A stretch of DNA of 64,000 nt, from assembly GCA_963767925.1 (NCBI GenBank), contig CAVYGB010000010.1, forward strand, positions 480,001 through 544,000, in the 5' to 3' direction. Positions 40,350 through 50,501 of the stretch are shown piece after piece; positions within the stretch are counted from its first letter, which is position 1, and each line of letters begins with the position of its first letter. The notes below the pieces were generated by a model, which searched no databases, was not told where the DNA came from, and was given only the letters and a program-made list of their open reading frames with translations. Source of the DNA: an uncultured delta proteobacterium. Its GTDB lineage: Bacteria > Myxococcota_A > Polyangia > Fen-1088. A program made the position numbers and the translations under genes.

Positions 40350-41480
40350 TCAGCTCTCGCTTATCGTGGTGAGAGTCATCGTCTGGTTGTGCAGGTCGCA
40401 CGAGCCGCTGGTGTACGGCGAGATCTCGCCGTACGAGTAAAAACCCACCTGCCGCGTGCCTTCGGGGAGCGCCTCCAGCGTGGCTTCGGTTTCCTCTTCC
40501 GTGCGGCCGCCGAGCACCAGACGCCGGCCGACACAACTGATGGCAACGCAAAGGATGCCGTCGGCTGGCTGGCTGCGGCTCATGATGGCAGCGTCGGAGG
40601 CCCCCTGGACCAGGCGATCGAAGTTGGCCTTCATGAGCTGCGCCCGCCATCCCTGGGGTATGTCGCCGGCAAAGGTCAGCGACTGGGCGGACTCGTCGAC
40701 GGCGAGCACGGTCCGGACGAGACTCTTTTCGTCGACGGGGCCCGCGCGCAGCGCCAGAGGAAACAGCAGAGCGGTCGCCGGCAGGCCGGCGGCCCGATCA
40801 CCGAGATACTCCTTGTAAAGATGCAGCGCCGGACGCCCATCGAGCTCGAAGAGAACGTTTCCCTGGGAGCGGGTCACCGTCCGCTCGGGCCCGAAGATGT
40901 CCCAGCCGCCCCTGGAACCGTGCCCGATATTCAGGCGGTCTCCAGAGAGGCCGATGGCGGCGACGACGCCCGCTGTCGGCCGTCCGCGATCGAGCACCCA
41001 GGTGTTCTGGAAGCGGTCGCCGTCGCCGGCCAACCCGCCCGTGACGATGACCGACGCGGGCAGGTGGGCGTTCAGCCCGCGCACGAGCGCGCTGCCATTC
41101 ACGCGCAGCCCGTCGGACAGCACGATCAGCCCCCTGAGCGTCGGTCCCATGAGGCCGCGGGCGATGTCGGCCCCGGCGCGGAAAGAATCGTCCGCGTTGT
41201 CGACGGGCGCGCTCGCCGAGGTCAGTCGAGCGTGCTCGAACTGGACCACCGCTACCGAGACGGTTCCGTCCGCCACCTTGGAACCCAGGATCTCGCCCGA
41301 GGTCGAGCAGCCGAGGATGTGCGAGCGGGAATAGGTAGATCGCAGCATCTGCCAGGGCTCGGTCTGGGCGGCGAATTTCGAGGCACCGAAAGCGAGCACC
41401 AGGGTGCGGTCGGAGTCGAGTGGCGGGAGAGAAGGCACGCTCCAGCGGTCGCCTTCCCAGGCGAAGGTCTCGAGTTGCAT
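40350..41480 (-). CDS. FIST-domain (NosP-like) sensory protein
   Basis: GCSTSGEI, TGGLAGD, ISCVGR, GFYSYGEI, LHNQT. Confidence 0.93.
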   Translation of the reverse strand: MQLETFAWEGDRWSVPSLPPLDSDRTLVLAFGASKFAAQTEPWQMLRSTYSRSHILGCSTSGEILGSKVADGTVSVAVVQFEHARLTSASAPVDNADDSFRAGADIARGLMGPTLRGLIVLSDGLRVNGSALVRGLNAHLPASVIVTGGLAGDGDRFQNTWVLDRGRPTAGVVAAIGLSGDRLNIGHGSRGGWDIFGPERTVTRSQGNVLFELDGRPALHLYKEYLGDRAAGLPATALLFPLALRAGPVDEKSLVRTVLAVDESAQSLTFAGDIPQGWRAQLMKANFDRLVQGASDAAIMSRSQPADGILCVAISCVGRRLVLGGRTEEETEATLEALPEGTRQVGFYSYGEISPYTSGSCDLHNQTMTLTTISES

Positions 41481-41646
41481 CCAGAAAAAGGGTAAATGAC
41501 GTGGCCCTCGAATTCACGACGAAGCGTCGCGCTCGGAAGAATCGACGACGTCTGGACGCGATGGCCCGACCTCTGCGGCGATGTGGGGAGCGATACGTCC
41601 ACCTGGCACCAGGACGGATGGATTTCTGCAGATGCAGAGCCGTCCC

Positions 41647-41849
41647 CGATCTGGGTAGCAAGACCGCGAGGTCTTCCATGGACGCGTCCCTGAGCACGAT
41701 CATCCCGCTATTCCTGATCTCCGCCGGCTTCGCCGTGTCGGGGGCCGAGACCCGTCACCCCGGGCTGCTCCTCGTGACCAAGCCGCTGACCCCGGCGCGC
41801 CCCTTCCTGGTCGCCGAGTGGCCAGAGGAGCGCTTGCAGGCCCTGATCT
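41647..41849 (+). pseudogene. Decayed copy of the 5' end and upstream region of the YhhN gene (2216-2418)
   Basis: MDASLSTIIPLFLI...TKPLT aligns codon for codon over 57 codons with non-conservative changes. Confidence 0.9.
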
Positions 41850-41906
41850 CTCCCGACACCACTGCGGCGATGCACGCCGGCACCGAACAGCAGCCCTCCC
41901 CAGATC

Positions 41907-41960
41907 AATGAGGTAGGTGTAGGTCGAGCTCTCGGCGTCGAATAGCTGTCTGAAGATCAT
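41907..41960 (-). pseudogene. N-terminal stub of an MBL-fold persulfide dioxygenase
   Basis: MIFRQLFDAESSTYTYLI with GGGGAG RBS, then similarity is lost. Confidence 0.75.
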
Positions 41961-41984
41961 CTTGTGTCTCCCCGACAGCACCAT

Positions 41985-42000
41985 TGCCAGGCACGTGCCA
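41985..42000 (-). promoter_or_regulatory. Possible sigma54 -24/-12 promoter
   Basis: TGGCACGTGCCTGGCA, 25 bp upstream of the MBL stub. Confidence 0.45.
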
Positions 42001-42072
42001 GGTCGGTCGCTGGGGGTGAGACGCCCGGATTTCCGGTGATCCCCGGTGGGAGAGGTGGCGGAGCAGATCTGG

Positions 42073-43131
42073 TTACGGGCAGCTGGGGGATTGGGCGCAG
42101 ATCTGGGGGGCGGTGCGGGCTTGGTTCCAGACGCGGACGTTGTCGATCGATCCTTCGAACGGGTCGCCCGAGGGGAGGTTGCCGCCTATGCCGAGAACGC
42201 TGGTTCCTCCGTTCGACATGCCGTCGGTTTGATCCTGATCGCGCGCGACGCCGTTGACCCAGAGGACGAGGGTGTCCCCGCTCGCGGTGCAGGCGAGGCC
42301 GGTCCAGGCCCCGACTGCCACGGCATTTTGCGCCTCCACCTCGGCGCCGGAGGAGGAGCAGACCACCCGGCCGCCCGGGTAAACGAACAGGCCAAAGTGG
42401 CTATCCTCGTCCAGGACGCCCATGCGCTGGTCGCCGGTCGGCAACCGGTCGGGGCGGACCCAGGCCTCCAGAGTGAAGTCGTCGCGGATCGATCCCCAGC
42501 CGACGCCGACCCGGATCACGCTCGACGTGCCCATCCGGACGGCCAGGTCGCTGATCCCGACCTCGAAGGCGATGTTGCTGCCGGTGACGGTGGCGCGCGG
42601 CTCGGACGGATCGACCAGCGAGCCTTCGAAGCTGAGGCAGATCAGCAACGCGGCGTCACCGCTGGGACAGGCCCCGGCCAGGCTGGTGTCGGGGGCGCGA
42701 TCCGGTGCGGTGTCGGGCGAGGTGTCCGGCGGGTGGTCCGGTCCGACATCGGGCGCGAGGTCCGGCGCGCGGTCCACGGGCGCGTCCGGTGCGACGTCTG
42801 GCCCGACCTCGCGCGGGACATCGGGAACGCCGGCGTCGGGGGCGTCCGACTCGGGCGGCGATCCATCACCGCCCGGGACCGCGTCGGGCGCTGGCGCATC
42901 GGGCTCGCCCCCCTCCGCCGCCGGCCCCTCGCGGCGGCCATCCGCGATCGGGGCGTCCAGCGCGCACCATCCGCTGTCCGCGGTGCACGCGGTGACCGAC
43001 GGCCGATCCAGGTTCACGCAGGCGGTAACCAGCGCAAGACCGAACGCCCACGACCCCGACCACCGCGGGCGGGATCGAGAAACGATGGAATCAGGCTCGG
43101 CGTCTCGCGGCTCTACCGCACCCTTCGGCAT
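42073..43131 (-). CDS. LamG/ConA-like domain lipoprotein
   Basis: VTAC lipobox, PD-rich linker, FTLEAWVRP, LWVNG, FEGSIDNVRVWNQAR. Start uncertain. Confidence 0.8.
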   Translation of the reverse strand: MPKGAVEPRDAEPDSIVSRSRPRWSGSWAFGLALVTACVNLDRPSVTACTADSGWCALDAPIADGRREGPAAEGGEPDAPAPDAVPGGDGSPPESDAPDAGVPDVPREVGPDVAPDAPVDRAPDLAPDVGPDHPPDTSPDTAPDRAPDTSLAGACPSGDAALLICLSFEGSLVDPSEPRATVTGSNIAFEVGISDLAVRMGTSSVIRVGVGWGSIRDDFTLEAWVRPDRLPTGDQRMGVLDEDSHFGLFVYPGGRVVCSSSGAEVEAQNAVAVGAWTGLACTASGDTLVLWVNGVARDQDQTDGMSNGGTSVLGIGGNLPSGDPFEGSIDNVRVWNQARTAPQICAQSPSCP

Positions 43132-43224
43132 GTCCCCATCAGGATCTCGCTCCCCCACCCTCTCCCATCGGCACAACGAAACCTCCCCTACACGACGGTG
43201 ATTCGAGACCACGCAGCGCGACGC

Positions 43225-43305
43225 GTTGATACGCCCGCCGCAGCGGGCGCAGACCAGGACGTCTTCGAGAAAGACCCGCCAGATCAAGGGAAGCCCAGGG
43301 CCATC
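43225..43305 (-). mobile_element. IS91-like transposase C-terminal zinc-ribbon remnant
   Basis: PWAS/LIWRVFLEDVLVCARCGGR, frameshifted. Confidence 0.6.
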
Positions 43306-43546
43306 AACCGGGCCGTCCGGGCGGCTGGGCGCCAGCGGGCGCCTGCTCGGTCAGGTGGCGGGCTGCTCGCCCCACCACGGACAAAGAGAGGCGGCTTCGG
43401 GGTGGATGATTTGGCTTTGCAGGCGGAGCCGACCGAGGGACGGGGCCGGGCAGGATGCGGTGGCTACCGCTGAGGTTCGCCCGCTGTCGGAGTGAGCCGT
43501 CCGGGACGCATCGCGTCGGTCGTGGCAATGCCGGAAAGGATGGCGC

Positions 43547-43830
43547 TCAGGCCGGGCGGGCGACGAGAGGCAAGGCGATCCTGGCTTCGGCGCCGCCACC
43601 CGGTCGGTTGGTGAGCTGGAGGTGACCTCCGTGCGCCCTCGCGACGGCGCGGGTGATCGCCAGACCGAAGCGGGCGCCCTCCTCGCCGCTGGCGGCCGCG
43701 CCGGCGGCACCCAGGACGTGGGCGGGAAAGCCCGGGCCCTCGTCGATGACCCGCACCGACAGCACGTCGCCGGCAGCGATCTCGACCTGCACCTTTCCGG
43801 CCGGGATGTGGACCAGGGCGTTCTCCACCC
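43547..43830 (-). pseudogene. Histidine kinase HATPase C-terminal remnant
   Basis: VENALVH, VIDEGPGF, FGLAITRAVARAHGG, NRPGGGA. Confidence 0.8.
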
Positions 43831-44121
43831 GGGGTCGTCGTCGAAGTTGCCCGCCGGCAGGAACGTCGTGTCCCGATGGGCGTAGGGCACCGCCGAGCCG
43901 CAGATGCGACAAAAGCGGCGCGCGCCGTCGCCCGCGGGCGGGCAGGTGGCGATCGCGTCCGGCCCCACCAGCGCCACCGCCTTCACCGGCGCGTCGACGT
44001 AGGGGGCAAACGCCGCCCCGTGGGCCTTGCGGCAGCGCGAGCAGTGGCAGTGGTACATCGGCGGCAAAGGTCCGGCCACCGACCAGGCGACGGACCCGCA
44101 CAGGCAACCGGCGCGAATCAT
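43830..44121 (-). pseudogene. GFA (CENP-V) family N-terminal fragment
   Basis: GCLCGSV, HCHCSRCRKAHG, FCRICGS. Abuts the HATPase remnant out of frame. Confidence 0.8.
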
Positions 44122-44210
44122 CGTTCCCGATCTTCTATCAAGCCGGCACCAGGTACCGGTACTCGTCGAGGCAGCGCTTGATCTCCGCCGCCATGAGACG
44201 CGCATCCGCT

Positions 44211-44625
44211 TTAGAACCCCTCCCTTTGCTTCGCACTGTCCACCAACTGCAAGAACTCCGAGGCAGCATCCACGCCGCCAGCCTCACGCAGGTCCTCGCG
44301 GTTGAAGATCCCTACCTCTTGATTCGGGCCAGCCCACTTCCGGTATACCTCGAGGTACGCAGCCAACCCTTGCGAGCCTCGGTCACCGCGGCTTTCGAAC
44401 GACCGCAACGCGACGTCGAGCACCCCGCGGTAGTTCTGAACGACCACGTGAACGTCATCGATAGGCCACCGAACTGAGCGCAGACCGAGCCCCCTGAACT
44501 CCACAAATCTCAGGCGCGCTTGAGAGAAATCCACGTCGGTCATCTCGTTGGGGGCGAGGTGCTCAGCGTCCCACGCCGTTCGATGAAAAATGACCTCCCG
44601 CAGCTCGCCGCTGAACCGACAGCGA
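44211..44625 (-). pseudogene. C-terminal remnant of a pentapeptide-repeat-like protein
   Basis: CRFSGELREVIF...MTDVDFSQARLRFVEFRGLGLRSVRWP. Fused in frame to the SpvB fragment. Confidence 0.5.
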
Positions 44626-44659
44626 ACGAAGCGGCTACCACCGGTCGCGCCAGGAGCGC

Positions 44660-46175
44660 CGCTGGCGGGAAAGGCGAAATAGCGAAGCGAGTAGAACTTG
44701 AGGAGCTGCGAGGCGCCGTCGGCACCGGGTCCGTTGATCCTGATCTGTCCGAGCAGGGTGGTGTTTTCGGTTCGGAAGCCGCTGACGAAGTCGGTGGTGT
44801 GGTCCGGCCGGCTCGGCAAAGCCTCGGGTACGCCGTTGTAGACCAGCTCGACCGAGCGGTCAGGCGTGCGCCCACTCTGATTGTTACCGGTGTAGTCGAT
44901 CCGCACTGGATGCCACTCGACCGCGCTCCCCCCGAAGTCCAGATCCAGCGTCGTGAGGTTGTAGGTGACGGTAGAGAAGTTCCCAGATCGGTCTTCCTCG
45001 CGGTCCAGCCCCCAGGCCAGCACACGCTGCTGACCGAACAGCTTGCCCTCCTGGATCCGCCCTTCGAGACGCGACTGGGTGTTCGTGGGATCGCTGCCGT
45101 AGCTGCGGATTCTTCCCTTCTGGAGAAAGACCTGGAAGCTCTCCGCTCCGTGTTCGCCCATGGTCGCCACGATCTTGGCGAAGATGTCCTTCTGAGTCCG
45201 GTACTCCACCGTGGCGGCCCCCTCGTCGGTGATGGGGACCAGGCGCTCGCCGTCGAGGCAGTAGGTGTCGGTGCGGTCGAACTTTACCGGGGCGGGATCG
45301 CCGTCGTGCACCAGCGTCTTCGGACAAAGCCGGATCTGGGACAGACCGGTCAGCGTCCAGCCGATGCCGAGCGGACCATGATTGGACGCGTTCTGGCTGT
45401 TGTAGTGGAGCGCCAGGTTCGGCTGCACGCCGGCGCGCCCGGGGCTGACCCAGATCGGGATCTGATAGGTCGCGCCGCCGTCTTCGCTGACCGAGAAGCT
45501 GGCGCCGATCGTGCCGACCGTGCGGGGGTTGACGGTGCTGCCGTCGTTGTCGGGAGCGACGATGGAGTTGCCGACGGTTCTCCCGGGATCTGGCCTCAGG
45601 GTGAACTCGCTGCCTACGATCACGACGACGTCGCCCTGCCCGGGCGCGCCGGGTCTCGTGGTGCAGGCCGCTCCGGTCGCGTCGATGGACACGGCGGCGG
45701 CGCCAAGCCTCCAGGTCAAGGTCCCGGGCCCGCCGCCAACCACGAAGGCGTGCCGGCCCGGGATGAGCCCTCTCGGCTGCCCTCGATCCTCGGGGCTGGG
45801 GGTAAATCGGTTGAACGGCCCGACGGGAACGAAGGTATTGACCGCCAGGCCGTTGTCGTAGCTGAAGGCGGCGCGAAAAGTGCCGTCATCGCTCTTCGCG
45901 AGCACGCAGGCGCCGAGCGAACGAATCGCGCAAGCGCCGCCGATGCACTTCCACAACGTGGGCGTGGCAGGCGGTGTCCAGTCCGGCTGCGAGGTGTGGG
46001 AGGTGATGGCCTCGAACGCCGACGACCGGTCGGGGAAGGTCACTGACTGCCGACGACGTATCTCGTCTGGTCCGTCCACGGGCTCGGCGGCGCAAGCGGC
46101 GGTGTGGGTCGTAGCCAAAGTGCGCGGGCCCTGGGTGGCGTCCAATCGATCTGCGAGCGGTGGGCCTGGATGCAT
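44660..46175 (-). pseudogene. N-terminal part of an SpvB/TcaC-type Rhs protein (truncated)
   Basis: SFSVSEDGGATYQIPIWVSPGRAGVQPNLALHYNSQ, GPLGIGWTLTGLSQI, YCLDGERL, DRSGN. No YD shell follows. Confidence 0.85.
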
Positions 46176-46412
46176 TCGTAGAGGACCCCTTCGAACGTAA
46201 CCTGATTGCCGACGGCATAGGACCTACCTGGCTCCCACGCCGGGGGGGCCGGGCGTTCAGGGTTGGCTTTTCGTTCGCGTCAAGAACCGTCCGATAACTC
46301 CACTTCGGTCAGGTCGCCTCGGACGCCCCGCCCGCGCAGAGACGGCGTAAGTGGTTGAAATCATTGGACTTTCATGGCATGGCGGGCCGGCGAGAAAAAA
46401 CATCTGCGACCT

Positions 46413-46439
46413 TGTCGATCGGGGCGACGGCGGTTCGTC
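46413..46439 (+). promoter_or_regulatory. ECF42-type promoter upstream of the DGPF gene
   Basis: TGTCGA (46413-46418), 17-bp spacer, CGTC (46436-46439). Confidence 0.6.
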
Positions 46440-46507
46440 GACATCTCAGAAGGCAGGCAGCGGGGCTGGTGTAGCGACCTCGACCTGCCCGAAAAAGGAG
46501 AACAACG

Positions 46508-46939
46508 ATGCGAGTCATGGTGATCATCAAGGCGAACAAGCAGTCCGAGGCCGGTGAGATGCCGAGCGAGAAGATCCTCTCCGACATGGGCGCTTACAAC
46601 GAGGAGCTGGTCAAGGCCGGCATCATGAAGTCGGGCGAGGGCCTGCTCCCCAGCTCCAAGGGCAAGCGGGTCCGCTTCTCGGGCAAGACGCGCACCGTGA
46701 TCGACGGTCCCTTCGCCGAGGCCAAGGAGCTGGTGGCCGGCTTCTGGGTCTGGGAGGTCAAGTCGATGCAGGAGGCGGTCGAGTGGGTGAAGAAGATGCC
46801 CTCCGACGGCACCGAAGAAGAGGTCGAGCTGCGCCAGGTGGGCGAGCTCGAGGACTTCGGCGCGGAACTCACGCCCGAGGAGCGCGAGCGCGACGCCCGC
46901 CTGCGCGCGGAGCTGGAGCGGCAACAGAAGAGGTCTTGA
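46508..46939 (+). CDS. YciI/DGPF family protein
   Basis: YNEELVKAG, GEGL.PS, DGPFAEAKELVAGFW, AAGGAG RBS. Confidence 0.93.
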   Translation: MRVMVIIKANKQSEAGEMPSEKILSDMGAYNEELVKAGIMKSGEGLLPSSKGKRVRFSGKTRTVIDGPFAEAKELVAGFWVWEVKSMQEAVEWVKKMPSDGTEEEVELRQVGELEDFGAELTPEERERDARLRAELERQQKRS

Positions 46940-47289
46940 TCGCGTGACCGCGGCGCCAGCAGGACGGTGGGCACCCCGCCGTCCCTGCGGTCGTTTGCGG
47001 GGTGTGGGCGCCGGGCGCGGGGCTCTCAGCGGTTGTCGAGGTTGGCGTCGGGGTGGGCCTGCGCCTGCGCTGGCGCTACGGCCAGGTCTCGACCGCCAGC
47101 GAGACCTTTTGCTCCCGGCCGAACAACACCGCTACCGCCCGGTCGGAGAGCGCCAGCATCTGGCTGACCCGACACCGCCGCCTCGAGCATCCGCCTGTAC
47201 CACGAAAATGCCCACGCCCCCGGTGCCTGGGCGCCCAAAGCGAGCTCCGGTGTGTCGACCGCCGTGGCCGTCTTCCAGGATGGTTAGGT

Positions 47290-47438
47290 CGCGATCCGGC
47301 GCGCTACGGCGAAACCAGGAACAACATCGTCCGCTGGACCGAGTACCCACACGGCGGTCACTACGCGGTTATGACCGCCGCAAAGGATTGGGTCGGAGAC
47401 GTGCGCGCCTCTTCAACGACCTCCGCGCGAGGTCCTGA
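47290..47438 (+). pseudogene. Epoxide hydrolase C-terminal remnant
   Basis: NIVRWTEYPHGGHYA...DVRA, frameshifted. Confidence 0.65.
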
Positions 47439-47638
47439 AAGGGCAGTCCGCCGGCCGATTCTTCCTGTTCTTCCGCGAGTGGCGGCCTCGTTCCTTCGCC
47501 CCGCGGCCGCGGGGCGAAGGGAGCGTGAGCGGGTGTGCGCGTGGTTCTCGCTTCTGATTGCGGACAGGCCACCTGTCCCGGGAGGCGCGGGCGTCGATCG
47601 CTCGGGCCGCCTTCCGCAACGATCAGAGGAGGACCATC

Positions 47639-48697
47639 ATGCGTGCACGAACAACTCTCTCGGATTCCTGGCCCCTGTCCCTTGCCAGCCTGACCGGCCT
47701 GCGGCCCGCGCTGCGGGCTCTTGCGCTGCTGGTCGCCGTGGCGCCGCTGGCGGCGGCACCGGCCTGCGAAGCCGCCTCGGCAGGCCCGACCCTTCCGGTG
47801 GCGACGTCGCCCGACGTGCCCGTCGCTGTCCGCCACGGCCTCGCGCAGACCTCCGGCCCCGAAAGCTGGAGCGGTTGGAGCGAGGTCCCGGGCGGCGGCA
47901 CCACCAACCTGCCGCTGGCGGCGGCCAGGTTCGGCAGCTGGCTCTACCTGTTCGGAACCAGCACCGAGGGGGGAGAGTTCGTGAACGTGTTCGACGGGGC
48001 CACCTGGACCGGCTGGAGCGAGGTCCCGGGTGGCGGCACCACCAACCTGCCGCTGGCGGCGGCCAGCTTCGGTGGCCGGCTCTACGTGTTCGGGGTGAGC
48101 GCCGAAGGACGGGCGTTCATGAACGTGTTCAACGGGGCCACCTGGACCGGCTGGAGCGAGGTCCCCGGCGGCGGCACCACCAACCTGCCCCTCACGGCCG
48201 CCGCCCACGACGGCCGCCTGCACCTGTTCGGCGTCAGCACCGAAGGAAAGGAGTTCGTGAATGTGTTCGACGGCGTCACCTGGACCGGCTGGAGCGAGGT
48301 CCCCGGCGGCGGCACCACCAACCTGCCCCTCACGGCCACCGCCCACGACGGCCGCCTGCACCTGTTCGGCGTCAGCACCGAAGGAAAGGAGTTCGTGAAC
48401 GTGTTCGACGGCGCCACCTGGACCGGGTGGAGCGAGGTCCCCGGCGGCGGCACCACCAACCTGCCGCTCGCCGCCGCCAGCTTCGGAAACCTGCTCTATC
48501 TGTTCGGGGTCAGCACCGAAGGCCGCGAGTATCGCAACCTCCACGATGGAGTGGGGTGGAGCGGCTGGATCGAGATCTTTGGCGACGGCCGCACGCGGCT
48601 TCCGCTCACCGCGGCCGGGCTCCTGGGCCACCTCTATCTCTTCGGCGTGAGCGAAGCCGGGCGTGAGTTCGTGAACAAGGGCTCGTTCCTGAACTGA
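47639..48697 (+). CDS. Exported six-repeat beta-propeller, lectin-like
   Basis: GAGGAGG RBS, signal peptide, six 46-aa repeats W(S/T)GW.E..G.G.T.LPL...L.LFG.S..G.E..N. Confidence 0.85.
   Translation: MRARTTLSDSWPLSLASLTGLRPALRALALLVAVAPLAAAPACEAASAGPTLPVATSPDVPVAVRHGLAQTSGPESWSGWSEVPGGGTTNLPLAAARFGSWLYLFGTSTEGGEFVNVFDGATWTGWSEVPGGGTTNLPLAAASFGGRLYVFGVSAEGRAFMNVFNGATWTGWSEVPGGGTTNLPLTAAAHDGRLHLFGVSTEGKEFVNVFDGVTWTGWSEVPGGGTTNLPLTATAHDGRLHLFGVSTEGKEFVNVFDGATWTGWSEVPGGGTTNLPLAAASFGNLLYLFGVSTEGREYRNLHDGVGWSGWIEIFGDGRTRLPLTAAGLLGHLYLFGVSEAGREFVNKGSFLN
47867..48694 (+). repeat. 6 x 138-bp coding tandem repeat
   Basis: Units start at 47867, 48005, 48143, 48281, 48419 and 48557. Units 3 and 4 are almost identical in DNA. 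Confidence 0.95.
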
Positions 48698-48785
48698 TCG
48701 CGCGGTTGGCGGCGGGCACCCTCCGGTAACGGCGGGTGCCCGCCCGTCCTGCGGCCACCTGGCTCGCGGCGGCTGACCGGGGGGT

Positions 48786-50501
48786 TCACAGGAGTCGCCC
48801 ATAAACCGGATCGCGGCCGCCCTGGCCCACGGCCAGATCGCAGTTCGAATCGAGCGCCTGCCAACCCAGCGTGAAGGAATCTACGGAGTCCATCGTGATG
48901 CGGATGCCCAGCTCGGTCGAGCAGGCGTTGGTCCGGTCCCGGCGCGTGACGGTACCCTCGAGGCGCGTCGGTGCCACGTATCGCAGCTGGAAGCGGTGAC
49001 TGAAACCCTCGTTCAGCATCACGCACGAGACGGCGGTGCCGGTCCTGAAGCACTGGGGCCGTCGGAGAGCATCGGCCGCCCAGGACCCTTCGATATCGTA
49101 GCGGACCGAAAGCAGATCGCCGCGGCTCGGTACCCCGGGCCGGCCGTCGACCGCGCCGGTCGATGTGGCCACCTGTCCGGAAGGCGGGCTCGAGCCGACC
49201 GCCCTCCAGCTGGCCAGCGCGCCGGCCGCCGCCAGCAGGCCACCTGCCATCAGGGCGCCCACCCGTGCCCGACGGAGGATGCTTTGGCGAGGTGAACCCT
49301 CCAGACCGCCCACCAGCATCGGCCGGCCGCGCCGCCCCGAACCAACCGGGCCACCATCCGGTTCGCGACGCGTGCCGGGCCGCTCGCCGCGGGTGGCCGC
49401 TGTGAAGGCCTCGGCGAACGCGAGGATGCTCGCGAACCGCTGCCCACCCGGCTTCCGCAGAGCGCGAGCCAGCACCTCGCGCAGAGCGGGGAGCGCGTCC
49501 GGCGGCAGCCGGGGGTTCGCCACAGGAGGGGCCTCCTCGTGGATGATGCGGTAGAGTACCGCGTGGGCGTCCGCCGCCTGGAACGGCGGTTGCTCCTCGA
49601 TCATCTCGTGGGCGATGGCGGCCAGAGCGAACTGGTCGGTACCGGGGTCGATCAGGTGGTTGTGTCCCTGGGCCTGCTCGGGCGCCATGTACGCCGGGGT
49701 TCCGACCAGCGCGGCGTCGCGCGTGAGCTCTTGGGTGGCGGCCCGCAGCTTGGAGATGCCGAAGTCGAGCACCTTGGCCACGAACCCCTCCTGACCGAGC
49801 AGCGGCACCAGGAAGATATTCTGCGGCTTGAGGTCCCGGTGAATGATGCCCCGGCTGTGGGCCGCCGCCAGCGCCGACGCGACCTGGCCCACGATGTCCC
49901 GGATGGCGGGCAAGCCCAGCCAGGGCCCCCGGCGGAGCCGGGTTGCGAGGTCCTCCCCCTCCATCAGCTCCATAACCAGGTAAGGCGCGCCGTCCGGGAG
50001 CCGATCGTAGTCCACCACATGGACGATGTTGGGATGGCGCAGGCTGGAGGTGATCCGAGCCTCGCGCTCGAAACGCGCCAGAGCCGGCGTGCCGGCTGGC
50101 AAGGACCCGAGCAGCCGCTTGATGGCATACCGGGCGGGCAACCGCAGGTGGGCGACCTCGTGCACCTCACCCATGCCGCCCCGCCGGATGGGGCCAATCA
50201 CGCGATACGTGCCCGCGATGACCGTCCCCGGCTTCATGCCCCCATCCGTCTCGCTCGCGTCCGAGCTCACCGCAACGGGCACGGCGGCCGAGAGGGAGGC
50301 CAAGGGCGGCAGGAGTCGGCCGGTGTCTGCCTGGCCCAGCGCCCCCATCAACCCCTGCACCTCCCCGCGCAAGCCGGCATCGGAGCCGCACGCTGAGCGC
50401 AGGAACGCCGACCGGGCCGGCTCGTCCAGGTCGAGAGCGGCCTCGAACAGCTCCTGCACGCGCCGGTCCCGGCCGCGGGAGTCGGCAGGCGGCGCCGTCA
50501 T
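48786..50501 (-). CDS. Membrane Ser/Thr protein kinase
   Basis: N-terminal ELFEAALDL extension, GGMGEV, HRDLKPQN, DFG, GTPAYMAPEQ, TM, extracellular domain. Confidence 0.95.
   Translation of the reverse strand: MTAPPADSRGRDRRVQELFEAALDLDEPARSAFLRSACGSDAGLRGEVQGLMGALGQADTGRLLPPLASLSAAVPVAVSSDASETDGGMKPGTVIAGTYRVIGPIRRGGMGEVHEVAHLRLPARYAIKRLLGSLPAGTPALARFEREARITSSLRHPNIVHVVDYDRLPDGAPYLVMELMEGEDLATRLRRGPWLGLPAIRDIVGQVASALAAAHSRGIIHRDLKPQNIFLVPLLGQEGFVAKVLDFGISKLRAATQELTRDAALVGTPAYMAPEQAQGHNHLIDPGTDQFALAAIAHEMIEEQPPFQAADAHAVLYRIIHEEAPPVANPRLPPDALPALREVLARALRKPGGQRFASILAFAEAFTAATRGERPGTRREPDGGPVGSGRRGRPMLVGGLEGSPRQSILRRARVGALMAGGLLAAAGALASWRAVGSSPPSGQVATSTGAVDGRPGVPSRGDLLSVRYDIEGSWAADALRRPQCFRTGTAVSCVMLNEGFSHRFQLRYVAPTRLEGTVTRRDRTNACSTELGIRITMDSVDSFTLGWQALDSNCDLAVGQGGRDPVYGRLL

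Noticed and set aside
42073..43287. Zinc-ribbon-LamG fusion protein
   Set aside because: The CxxCGG segment is a transposase remnant that happens to be in frame. The lipoprotein signal lies downstream of it.
47867..48694. CRISPR array
   Set aside because: The 138-bp in-frame coding repeats have no unique spacers and there are no cas genes.
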